From Mobula birostris (lineage: Eukaryota), in the NCBI RefSeq assembly GCF_030028105.1, contig NC_092379.1:28637821-28701820 (forward strand): 64,000 nt of DNA, given 5' to 3'. Position 1 is the first letter of the stretch. The number at the start of each line of letters is the position of its first letter. Below the pieces are notes generated by a model that did not search any database, had not been told where the DNA came from, and saw nothing but the letters and a program-made list of their open reading frames with translations. Shown here piece by piece: positions 12,968 through 24,170 of this stretch. The translations under genes were made by a program, and so were the position numbers.

Positions 12968-13401
12968 ATACTCATTGCACAAAGATACATGCTGGAGTCC
13001 AAAACATGAGCTTAAACGATCTGCAATCGATCTGCCTTACTGCCTTCCTGCAGACTGGTGGTGAATGTCACTGAGCAATCTGGATGCCGCTCCATTCTTC
13101 CTGTGCGATACACCGTCAGCAAATAATTTGGGGGTTTTCCACAATGCTGAATCCACCAAAAGATGTCTGCATCATCGTTGGTATAATTACAGTTCACTGT
13201 TATAGTCTGTCCTTTTTCAGCCATCACGTCGGGAGGATCCTGCGTCACTGACTCATTAAACTACTCGTTCCTGCAATAAAGGGCAGAATACATCAACATC
13301 GCTCTCTTGTACTGAGCGCCGGAGAAATTCGCTGGCCACCTTCGCAGAGACTCACCAGGCAGCACAGCCAGTGCAAACACTAATGAACAGAGGGAAATCA
13401 T
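12968..13401 (-). pseudogene. TCR V pseudogene
   Basis: Leader MISLCSLVFALAVLP|G. +2 frameshift at the exon start, in-frame TAA before DSSMYLCAMS, heptamer CATATAG. Confidence 0.88.
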
Positions 13402-14190
13402 GGTATCTAATTTCTTGCTGAATCTACGGGCAGATTCCTTCCTCGTCGTAAATATCACTTAGCAGTTACTGTTGTGTGGGATCGTTCGAGAGGTACCGTT
13501 TACTGTGTGTAACTCCGGGGACGTTTTCCTGGTTAAGGAATTCGTTAACACTAAGAACCAAGCCTTTCTGAGCACCAATCGGAATCCGCTTTGATTCCAT
13601 TCGTCATTCTGGGTTTTTTCTCCGCTCATTCAAGGTCCCGCATCCACCCCCGACCTATCCCGTTTCTCTGTCTCTCTTTCTCTCATCTCACACTCTATCA
13701 TTCTCAGTGTGCCCAAATGTCTCTTCCCCCTTTTCTCTGCATATTCACAGCATATTCACATTCTTATCGATGTGTAATCCAAATCAATTATGAATCTTCA
13801 CGTGGTTACTTCGTCGTCTTCGTCAATTGTCCTTTAGAGCAGCAATTATCAGTCTTCCGGCATTGAACTAGTTATTCAATGTCAGCAAATGTTCATCTGG
13901 TTATTCCCTCGTCGTTGTTTGCTGTTAGGGGGCCAATCTCCTATCCACGCCAATAGACTCCTGACAGCACCCTTTATGGTGCCACCACTCCTTTCGGAAA
14001 AAAAAAAACAACTCACATTTGGCAGTCCCCTTTTAATTACTTCCCATCGCCCAAAAATATCGTCCTCTCGCATGACCCATTTCCTCCCTTAGCTTGTCAA
14101 CTCTATCTTGCCTCTTGTCATATTATACATAGTTATTAACTAAACCCTCATCTTCCGTCTTTCCAAAATAAAAAACGTTAGTTGTTCGCA

Positions 14191-14416
14191 GAAACTGAAA
14201 TGTCCCGGGAAATATACATGCACGTGCGGGTGTGCAGCTGAACTTCAGCATTACGATTCGTCCTCCTTTAATCGCCCCAAACTATTCTACAAAAGAGGAC
14301 AAACTGACTGAACATCCATTGCTCCTGCTGCACCTGCAAGACACCCACTGTACATTCGCCCAAAGATTCACCGGGCAACACAGCCCATAGAATCAGTAAG
14401 AATCAAGGAAGCACAT
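14191..14416 (-). pseudogene. V relic (leader plus 5' part), cut by a CR1 fragment
   Basis: ACACCATG, 45-nt leader, GTGAAT donor, GGRIVMLKFSCT (FR1-like), then antisense CR1 C-terminal sequence. Confidence 0.55.
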
Positions 14417-15246
14417 GGTGTCTGGTTTCAAGGGCGATCTAAATCCAGATTACATACAAGAAGCTAAAACCACAGATTTGAAAGAATGTTATCAGATACG
14501 TTGCACAGTTCATTTCGTGTAAAATTTGCGAACATTGCTCTGCTAAATGGGAATTGAACCGGGGAAGGCACAGCTGAGCCTGTTTAGCCACCGATCTGAC
14601 TGGAACTACTACACTCTGTTTAGTTCTATATTTCTGTTCTACTTGTCGATCTCAACCCTCATCTCTTCGTTCCTTCTTTCTCCTATATTTCTGTCCGTGT
14701 CACTTGATCGCCCTCTTTCTGCCTGTATATTCCAATCTCCATTTTTTCTAAATCACCAATGCAGATTTTAACTAGTTGTGGGAACATCGTTTAATCCAAT
14801 TCCAGTCCACTAGGGATTCATTTTCAATCCGAAAGATAAACATCCATTTATCTACACTTTGACGAAGCTAATGCTAATAGGCGCCATCTGAAATTTATCT
14901 TCATCTAAGCATTTAGTGTTACAGCTAATAGGATGCTGTCTGGTCATATACATCCTCAGTATCTCCGAGTTGCACTCGTCTTCACTGCTAATCCCTCAAG
15001 GTAGAGAAAAATTATGTCCAGCAAAATCAATAGCCACAAGATATTGTTATAGGCAGGAAGGAGAGACATGGTCACCAAGATGTAGTGGAATTGTTCCGGA
15101 AATCTGCCACGATATCTCTAGGTAAAGCTAAATTTAAGAAGGGTTCCACAAAGGTGGGCGCATTTTGCTGCTGAATGCAGCGTTTTAAGTTGACCACGTG
15201 ATCCTCATGCTCTGTGCGTGCGGCTATTCCAGTTCCTCAGCAAAAG

Positions 15247-15260
15247 TCGCCCTCTAGTGA
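15247..15260 (-). promoter_or_regulatory. CTCF-like motif 12 bp downstream of the RSS nonamer
   Basis: TCACTAGAGGGCGA. Confidence 0.6.
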
Positions 15261-15311
15261 TCACACAAGGCTGGATGTTGCCCGTAACCGCTGTCTCCGT
15301 GCAACACTAAG

Positions 15312-15726
15312 TGGTCCATTGCACAGAGGTATACGCCAGAGCCTGGGACAAGAATTCCAGAGATATTTCAATGAGCTTATTCTGCGTTTGTGCACATCAG
15401 CTGCAAACCTCGTCGAATATTCATTCTGGGGGCCGCTCCAGTGTTCCTGAGCCATATAGCTTCAGCAGTATTTTTTTCAGAAATGTTCCGCAATTCTAGC
15501 GTATCAAAAATATTTGCATTAGTTCGTGTATAATTTCAGTGTTATGATCTGACGTTCGTCAGCCATTAATTTAGGAGCATCACAGATCATTCAATTGTTC
15601 CCTCTCGTCCCTGCAATGAAGGGTAGAATGCAGTAATATTCCTGACTTGCTCTGAACTAACGTGACACTCTCTGGCTGTGTATGAAGGATGACGAATGTA
15701 ATCAATAATAAAAGGAGGGAACACAT
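15312..15726 (-). pseudogene. TCR V pseudogene
   Basis: Acceptor at 15611, multiple stops, ends VYLCAMD. RSS relic CTTAGTG-23-GCAACATCC (15273-15311). Leader donor deleted. Confidence 0.8.
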
Positions 15727-15944
15727 ACTCCCTGGCTTCAGCCTCGACATAACGGCAACTTACTTCCGAGAATTTATCTCTACGGCAAGTATTGAACAGT
15801 AAAAGTGTATCAGAATAGACTTCACGGTGCCCTGCTCAACGATGGCAGATAAAACAAACTGAGGCTACATGAGGACGAATCAAAATCCGCTGTCTTTGAA
15901 TTCCCATCTTTGCCTTTTTCCCGACACTATAACTCTCTCTCTCT

Positions 15945-15983
<39 letters not shown>

Positions 15984-16479
15984 CCTCTCTCTCCATCTAT
16001 CTATTTATCTATCTTTCTCTCTTTTGCGCTCTTTCTCCCTGTCTCTCTTTCTCACTCTCTTGTTGTCTACCTGCCTTCTTCTCCCTCTCTGTCTCAATCC
16101 GAATATTACTTTCTATTTTATTCGATTTATCCACCTCTTCTGTTCGCTCTACCAGCTCACTCTCGCTTACATTGGCATTCTGACCTGCTCTCTCCCTTCT
16201 TACACCATGTGACACCATGCGAAGCAACGTATTACTGATTTATTAGCAAAATTTTGACTTGCCTCTGCTTCTAAAATCATCAGTCTTTTAAGATATTGAC
16301 GAATTCATTTCAATCTTTCAGCATTCCGCTGGATATTCCTTGTCAATAGCACACCAAATATTTATTGCCGTGGACCAGCTGGGTTTGGATGCTGAGGAGA
16401 TACCGAAGGCACCCGTTAGAGCAAACAAACACTGCGAACACCGAGGTGTCCAGATCCTGTATCGTTTTGGAAATTTGAG

Positions 16480-16845
16480 TGCTGATCTGCGTACGCTATT
16501 CAGTGGTGTCCTGCACAACGCTCCCGAAGATATTTAAACCTTTTTTTTGCCCAGAGAGCAGAAGAAACTGAACAGACTGTCCTCGCGTAGACCCAAAATC
16601 TCCAATCATGAATATTTTCATCGGTTTTCCAGAATATTCAACGCCCAACATATAGGCTCTGCCAGACTCCAACCAACTGGAACTCAGTGACATGGTCTGC
16701 ACTTTCAAGTGCATTTAATCCCTCCTATTGGGGGTCACAAAATCTGCCCCACTCGTCCCTGTAAGAAGCCCCGAATGTGTGAGGACGCATTCTGACTGAT
16801 TAGACAGATTCAACAGCCACAGTAGTCGATACAGAGAAATTCCAG
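16480..16845 (-). pseudogene. Decayed V relic
   Basis: CTTACAG|GTSGADFVT...QTMSLS...EYSGKP...LNIFG; homologous to relics at 23.8, 44.9, 49.3 and 63.9 kb. Confidence 0.6.
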
Positions 16846-17197
16846 GAGGTGATTGTAGCAGGAACATAGCACAATGCATAATGTAAACAGAGATTGATTT
16901 GAAGGTATTACTCCAATAAAAGAGAAGTAATTCAAGTAAAGATAAGCAGAGAGTTTCCGGGAGAATCGGCGCTTCAGTTTCGAAGCATATGCGGATTTTA
17001 TTACTAAATTAGGGCACTATAGCAATCCTTAGACTGCACTGCAGTAAATCGAACACCTCCCTCAACTCCTCTCCATGAATTCTGCCTCCGCCTCTCTCTG
17101 TCGTGCTCCTGTGCGTCTCTGTTACTGTCACTTTACAGAGGGAGTTAAAGTGCTATTACACATTATTACACATCGGATGTTTACGCATGGGTTTGAG

Positions 17198-17512
17198 TAC
17201 AGAGTACAGAGAGGAAATTAAGAACCTGGTGGCATGCTGCGAAGACACTAACCTATCCCTCAACGTCAGCAAGACGAAGGAATTGGTTGTTGACTTCAGA
17301 ACACCCAATTTGCATCGCTGATGCGAAAGTGGAACAGGTGAAAAGCTCTATCTTCCTCGGGGTCAATATCACAAATGACCTGACTTGGTCCAACCAAGCA
17401 GAGAGCACTGCCAAGAAGGCTCACCAGCGCCTTTAGTTCCCGAGAAAGCTAAGGAAATTTGGCCTGTCGCCTAAAACCCTCACTAATTTTATAGATGCAC
17501 CGCAGAATGCAT
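17198..17512 (+). mobile_element. Rex1/Babar-like LINE fragment
   Basis: EYREEIKNLVACCEDTNLSLNVSKTKELVVDFR; same insertion site as the 45.6 kb and 49.8 kb copies. Confidence 0.75.
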
Positions 17513-17534
17513 TCCTAGTACCAGTTTTACACAG

Positions 17535-17930
17535 ATGCCAGAATTCAACGTAAGAGCTTGGGGGCTATGCAATTGAGCCGTCAGCTGCCTATATGGAAAC
17601 TAGTGATCAATCTCACTGGGCAATCTGGATGTCACTCCATTACTGCTGTGCTAGAATTTGCTTCAGCAAATTATTTGGAGATTTTCCACAATGTTGAATG
17701 TACCAAAATATATCTGCATCAGCGTAACTGTAATCACATTTGAGTCTATCCTCTCTCAGCCGATCAGTCGGTAGGATCTGGCGTCACTGAATCTTTCCGA
17801 CTCGTTTCTGCAATAAAGGACACAGTGCATCAACATACCTAGCTTGTATTGAACGCCGGGGAAATTCGATTGTCACCTTCACAGGCTCCCCAGGCAAAAC
17901 AGCCAATGCAATCAGTCCAAAACAGAGATT
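17535..17930 (-). pseudogene. TCR V pseudogene lacking YLCA and heptamer
   Basis: DSVTPDP...WYIQH...PDCPVR. The 3' end jumps from GGCAT into the spacer/nonamer. Donor GGGAGC; leader cut by a (TAATC)n-tailed insertion. Confidence 0.8.
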
Positions 17931-18019
17931 AGATTAGATTGGAGTCAACTTCATTGCCATTGTGCCGAGTACAGATACAAAGCACACCACCCCACCCATC
18001 TCTCTCAATCTCTCTCTGC

Positions 18020-18033
18020 CCCCAACTCTCTCT

Positions 18034-18099
<66 letters not shown>

Positions 18100-18100
18100 C
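18020..18100. repeat. (CT)n microsatellite; similar tracts at ~4845, 6650, 15935, 20990, 22100, 34185, 38650, 44315, 48770, 54335
   Basis: Visible tandem CT runs. Confidence 0.95.
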
Positions 18101-20207
18101 CTCGATGCCAACTGGAAAGAATACCGCCGAATCCAGTTGGGGATATCGGTATGAAAAGAATACTTCATACTGACTGCAGCATCGAAATAGTGACTGCTGA
18201 TTCCTCTCTCGCTTTTGAACGAGCCATATCAGTCTCTCATGTATTAGGAAGAGTGAGAGAGAATGCCTGTGTAACGTTGAAATGTTGCAGTAAACAGCTA
18301 GCTTTTGTTGTACTGTAGACCAATTCCTCTTTGAGTTTGTAGTTGTTTCGATGGCGGTTGGTGGTGGAAATGCTGATGCTATAAGTGAGAGATGCAGAAG
18401 CTGGTCAGGTTAATGCTGCTTGCCGCTGATTGTGCGAGGGATGTGACAGGGGACTTTTAGATTCTTATCTTTTTTTTGATATTGTTTTTATTCTGTTTTA
18501 AGGACGTCTGTGGAGACTGAATTTCAGGTTGTGTATTTTGTACCTCTCTGACTTTAAGCGGGACCATTGAAACAAGCTGGGCATTCCTTTCGCTGTACCC
18601 TGGTACATCTGACAACAACAAATATATAATAAATATAAACCATTTTGATGTAACTGTGAGCGTCTGCAAAGTGAAGGAATATATCAGGCTCTCCTTCATT
18701 AGTCCATTGAACATGGGTTGAGCCGGAAAGTGGCTGTGGTGGTGGACTGCAGAGTGCCTATCATGACATCCTGGCGTTATCTGGTGTCATCTTCCAGGGA
18801 TTCGGTTCGATTTTGACCTTCCGATGCTGTCAGCGGATCGTTCCGTGCTCAGCTTCCACAATTCCCGAGTTGTTATGTTTTCCACTGCCCGAAAACGACG
18901 CTCTGGGTAGCACGTGCTCGTGATCGGAGGATCAGTGAATGCTCATCTGAAGAGGAATTTGCGAAATTGGACAGATAAATCAGTTGATAATAAGACCATA
19001 AGATATTGGAACCGAAGTAGACCATTTGTCTTGTCGAGTCACCTCCGCCATTTCAGAGGAGAAGGTGTCGTGATGGAATTATTCAATACACTATACATAC
19101 AATTAAAATGAAATTTCAAAAAGTCGAAATATACCTTTGGAAACAGATGCTATCAGTTTGTGCTTCTTCGACAGTAACCGGACGTTTTCACTGTCTATCT
19201 CTTCCATCGGTGAGAAAACACAAAGTTCTCAAAGCAAGATCCCATGAAACAACAATAGACTATTCCTACTTGCAAGAGTACTAAACTGTAGGGTGAAATT
19301 GAATCTTAATCTCGGTATGACCATGCTGTTTATTTCCTGCCTGCGCTGCATTTTATACGTCTGTTGCGTTTTATTTTTGTATTCTTTTAATCTTTTACTT
19401 TGTACTACCTCGATAAGCTGTGTACTGAATGCATCTGTGTAAACAGAATCAATGCAATGATGCGACAATAATAAACAAATTCCGTTTTCAATTTAGATAT
19501 GTAGCAAAATGCTACACGTGGTGATAACATCGGATCCGTTAAATCGGATTGGGAAACCAGATTATACAAGCAATCAATCTGTTGTGATCCCATCCCCTCT
19601 CTCTTCCTTCGCTCTCTTTTATACTGAAAATGCCTTCAAAAATATGAATCTCGGGGTACTACGCTGTCACGTATATTTCTTTAATCATAATTTTAATTCA
19701 AACATTGAACGTTTTTCTGACAGCTTGGAAATGCAACGACCAAAATAGTATCTGCATTCTCCAACACGCTAAGCATTCGCAGGTTCCGCCGAATTATCTA
19801 AATACTCAGTATAAATCATAAGTAGCTGCTGCCACATCCTTAGTTTCAGTAGCATGCCACTTGCAATTATTTGTCAATTCAAAAACGACCAATTTTTACA
19901 CCCTCTGTTTTTCATCAGTCAGCCATTGTGCCATTTAAATAAATCCCGGTTCCACTCCGTCCTCATTATTTCACACTGCAGATACTTGAACAAAGTGGCC
20001 AAAGACGATGTCAAACAAGGCTGTCAATCGTGATATGCCTTTGCAGGAAACGATGGTGGGCGATTGCACATTGCGGTATCCCAGAAAGTTATAAAGCTCA
20101 GTTTCTGACCGCGTTGTAATCAGGAACTGCTCCTTTAGTTTCGGTGCCTTCTGCTGCTGAATGCAGCGCTCTTAATTAGGGCACGTGACTGTGACTGATT
20201 TCTGGGT

Positions 20208-20249
20208 GCGCCCTCTGCAGATTCCTCGGAAAAAGGCGCCCTCCACTGA
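20208..20249 (-). promoter_or_regulatory. Two tandem CTCF-like motifs downstream of the RSS
   Basis: TCAGTGGAGGGCGC (20249-20236) and TCTGCAGAGGGCGC (20221-20208) versus core CCASYAGRKGGCRS. Confidence 0.6.
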
Positions 20250-20273
20250 GAGCTTTTTGCAATATACAGAACC

Positions 20274-20312
20274 AGTTTTTGCACGGACCCGCCGTGCCCA
20301 TATAACAGTGTG
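20274..20312 (-). other. 23-RSS
   Basis: CACACTG + 23 nt + GCAAAAACT, directly after the V exon. Confidence 0.9.
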
Positions 20313-20735
20313 GTACTCACTGCACAGAGATACATGGCAGAGTCCGACACAAGAGCTTCACGGATATTCAATTGAGACGTCTTGCTGCCTTTCTGTAAAG
20401 TAGCGGTAATCCTCTCTGAATACCGTTGCGTTCCTCCTGTGCTATATAACTTCAGCAAATAGTTTGGAGGTCCTCCACTTTTTTGAATGTACCAAAACAT
20501 ATCTGTATTAGCGTAGGTGTAACTACAATTCATTGTTACGTTCTGTCCTTCCTCAGTCGTTACATCGGGAGGATCCTGCGTCACTGAATATTGCCCACTC
20601 GTTCCTGCAAGAAAGGACAGAATATATCAACAACGCTGGATTGTATTGAATGCCGGGAAAACTCGCTAGCCAGCTTCGCTGAGACTCACCAGGTAGCAGA
20701 GCCAATGCAATCAGCAATGAACAGAGAGAAATCAT
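20313..20735 (-). CDS. Intact TCR alpha/delta-type V gene segment (leader 20735-20690, intron, V exon 20604-20313)
   Basis: Leader MISLCSLLIALALLP|G with GTGAGT donor, 85-nt intron, TTGCAG acceptor. Open 292-nt exon GTSGQYSVTQDPP...MNCSY...FWYIQ...DSAMYLCAVS has Cys, Trp and YLC. Followed by a 23-RSS. Confidence 0.92.
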
Positions 20736-20945
20736 GCTGTCTAACTTCTGGCTGAATCGAACGGCAGATTCCTTCCAGGGCATTATTATCACAACGGATA
20801 TTGTGGTAGGAGATATTTTCAGCGATACGCTTTACCTTGTGTAAAAGTAGAGGTGTTTCTCTGGTTAAAAGATTGGCTGACAGGAACAACCGAGCCTTCC
20901 TGAGCACCAATCAGAAGCTGTTTTGAATCCATTCGTCATTCTGCC
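20736..20945 (-). promoter_or_regulatory. Putative V promoter module (also at ~6375-6580, 13402-13610, 54084-54290)
   Basis: Conserved between paralogs, though motif retention varies: TGTGGT (RUNX-like), GATTGG/CCAATC boxes, TTCCTG (ETS-like), TGACG half-site. Confidence 0.45.
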
Positions 20946-21545
20946 TGTTTCTCCTCTCTTACAATGTCCGGTGTTCATCCCCCAACTCTCTCTCTCTCTC
21001 TCTCTCTCAGCTTAATCATAACATATTCACATACCTTTCAATGTGTAATCGAACGTAATTAAGACTTTTCACGAGTTCGCTTCCTCAAAATTGACACTAT
21101 CCCGATGGAAGTAGTTGATTCCTTTATTGTATTTGTTTTGTTGTTTGGTTATTTGAAGATATATCCTACAGTAGGCACTTAAATCAATATGTTTCAATCT
21201 TCCTGCATTGAACTACTTATTCAAATGTCATCAAGAGTTCATATAGATATTTCCAAATCTTTGTTTTTTGCTGGGGTGCCAATTTCTTATCTACGCCAAT
21301 AGACTCCTGACAGCACTTTCTGTGTACCCACCACTTCCTTCATAAAACAAAAAAAAACTCACATCTGGCATTTTCCTAGTAATTTCTTCCATTCGCCTCA
21401 AGATATCGTCCTCTCGCATGAGCCATTTCCACCCTTAGGTCAAAACGCTAGTTGTCCACTTTACTTATGCCCCTTATTATATCATACACAGCTATTAAGT
21501 GACCCCTTACATTCCGTCGTTCCAAAAGAAAGGTCCTTACTCCCA

Positions 21546-21792
21546 GAAACTGAAATGTCCCGTGGAATATAAATGTACTTGCGGATGTGTAACTGAATTT
21601 CAACATTACTATTCGTTCTTCTTTAATCGTCGCTGAAGAGAGATAAATCTTTCCCAGACGATTCTGCAAAAGAGGGACAAAGTGACTGAGCATTCAATCC
21701 CCCCATTAACATGCGAGACACCAGCTCACTATTTGTGCAAATGTACGCCGGACAGCATATCCCACATTATCGGTAAGGATCTGGAATCACAT
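21546..21792 (-). pseudogene. V relic (leader plus 5' part), cut by a CR1 fragment
   Basis: Paralog of 14191-14416. ORF 21448-21693 is a chimera of V FR1 (EERIVMLKFSYT) and CR1 (LERRNVRGHLIAVYDIIRG). Confidence 0.55.
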
Positions 21793-22624
21793 AGAGTCTA
21801 CTTTCAGGCGAGATCTGAGACAGATTACATTCAAGAAACTAGCGATCTGAGTAGAACTGCGACACTCTCGGTTTCTTAATAATTTACTGTAATTCTAATG
21901 TATGTGCCGATGTCACAACTCCGTCCTTCGTTATACTTTAAAGATACTTCATTTCTAGCAATGGATCACCGTCCTTCGTCCGTCTTTCGTGACTCTCTTA
22001 ATTTTTTGTCGCCGTGACACGCTGTGTCTGTCTCTGTAGTCCAATCTAGTCCTTTATTTGTCTACCCCATACTCCCCCCGTCCATTCATCTCTTTCTCTC
22101 TCTCTCTCTCTCTCTCGCTCGCTCTCTCTCTCTCTCTCTTCACGCTCGCTAGCTCTGTGGGTACATCCGTTTACAAGCTGCCAGTTCACTCGGTTTTCCG
22201 GTATTCATTGTCAATTTGAAAAAAAATAATTGTTGTCCACTTTTAAGAAGCTAATGTTAATAGAGTCCACCTGAAATTTATCTTCATCAGAAGGATTTAC
22301 ATGACAGCCTAGCCGATGCTCTCTAGTCACATGCACCCTCAGTATCTCCAGGTTGCACTCATCTTCACTGTTAATCGCGCAAGCTCGTCAAAAATTATGT
22401 CCGGCCAAATGTTAATCACACAATATTGTTATAGGCAACAGACACACAATATTGTTATGAACACTAAGATATAGTGAAAAATGTTTCGGAAAAATCCCAC
22501 TGTAATCCAAGGTAGAGCTGAATTCAAGAAGTGTTCCTCAATGTTTGGCGCATTTTGCTGCTGAATGCAGCATTTTAAGTCGACCACATGATCCTTATGC
22601 TTTCTGCGTGTGGCTGTTCCAGTC

Positions 22625-23003
22625 TCCGAGCTGCCAGCTGAATCTGCCTCTGTGTATATCAGCTGAAAATCTCGCCGAATATTCTGGAGGTTGCATCAGT
22701 GTTCCTGAGCCATATACCTTCGGCATTTACTGTTCGAGATATTCTGCGTTGCAGAGTGTATCAAAAATGTTTGCATTCGTTCTTGCGTAATTGCAGTTTA
22801 GTATTATGAGCTGACTTTCGTCAGCCGTTAATTTGGTAGCATGCTAGATCACTGAACCTTTCTCTCTCGTTCCTGCATTAAAGGACAAAATGCACTAATA
22901 TCCCTGACTTGCACTGAACTCACGTGGCGCTCTCTGGTCATATGTGCAGCGTCCTGCCTGTCAGGATGACGAATGTAATGAATACGAAACAAATGGAGCC
23001 CAT
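22625..23003 (-). pseudogene. TCR V pseudogene, 3' end and RSS deleted
   Basis: Leader MGSICFVFITFVILT|G (23003-22958) with GC donor. Exon from 22872 has TAG, then LNCNY. Confidence 0.75.
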
Positions 23004-23778
23004 TTTCTGACTTCCGCCTCGATAGGACGGCAGGTAACTTCCAAGAAATTATCGCTATGGCAGATGTTAGGGAGTGAAATCATATAAAAAATAGATTTCA
23101 CAGAGCCCTGCTCAACGATTGGTAGATAAAACGGAGCCGAAGCTCTATGAACACGAAAAAGAATCGGATTTCGTTGATTTCCGCCCTCTGCCTTTTTCCC
23201 CCACACTATAAATCTTTTTTTCCGCATCTCTCTCTCTCATTTTCCTTCCTCTCTCTCCACTCCCTATCTCTCTCCATCTATCTATTTATCTATCTTTCTC
23301 TCTTTCTCGCTCTTTCGCTCTGTCTCTCTTCTCACTCTCTTGCTCTGTCCTCACATTCCTCTCTCCCTCTTTCTCACTCCGGGTATTGATTTCTATTTTA
23401 CTATTTACCTACACGTTTGAACGCTCTAACAACTCACTCTCGCTTTCTTTGCGATTCCGCAACTTCTCTATCCTTTTTCACACCATGTCACTCCATACTA
23501 ACCAGCGTATCCGCGACGATTCCTCCGAGCCATCCGCAAAGTTATGACTTTCGCTGCTGCTGTTATCTAACTTATTATTTGCCTTTTTAAGTTATTGTTG
23601 GAATATCTTTCAATCTTCCAGAACCCCGTTGGATAATTCTTGTCAATAGCACATAAAATATCTAATCCCATGGACGAACTGGGATTAATTGCTTAACGAA
23701 CATGGAAGGCTCCGACAAGAGCAGACAAACATTGTGAGCATTGGGGTGTCCAGATCCTGTATCCCCGTGGAATGCTGG

Positions 23779-24170
23779 TGCTGAACTGCGCAAAGCTATT
23801 CAGTAAATTCCGGCACGATTCCCTGGAACTTATTTAAGCGGAACATCTTTGCCCAGAGACCCGAAATATTACTGGACTGTCTTAGCGTAGAACAATATCT
23901 CCTGTCATGAATATTTTCATCGGTTTTCCAGAATATTGAACGCACAACAAACAGGTTCTGCCAGATTCCAAGTGACTGAAGCTCAGTGACACGGTTTGCC
24001 CTTCCACCGTCATTAAATCTGTCGTTCTGAGGTTCACAAATCTGCATCACTCGTCCCTGTATCAAACCCCGAAGGTGTGAGGGGCCCCTGAACGCAGTGA
24101 TCTTGGAGGGCACGCTCTGACAGCTTCGCCAGATTCACCAAACAGAGTAGTCATCGCAGTGGGAACATGG
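23779..24170 (-). pseudogene. Decayed V relic
   Basis: Acceptor at 24057; ends IVPEFTE*LCAV (Tyr to stop). Confidence 0.6.

Larger units (their letters stand above)
740..23640. repeat. Segmental duplication unit A (paralogous to 29040-57730)
   Basis: Colinear matches, e.g. 740~29040, 2618~30925, 9270~38560, 10260~42700, 15130~43250, 20313~53661, 23080~57195. Confidence 0.9.

Noticed and set aside
15512-15522. Octamer ATTTGCAT (Ig promoter element)
   Set aside because: Lies inside a V exon relic, not upstream of a leader
18630-18960. Possible further ancient V relic (also 24860-25200): ...LHFADA followed by CACAGTT
   Set aside because: No convincing Cys/Trp, nonamer or leader; cannot be supported by eye
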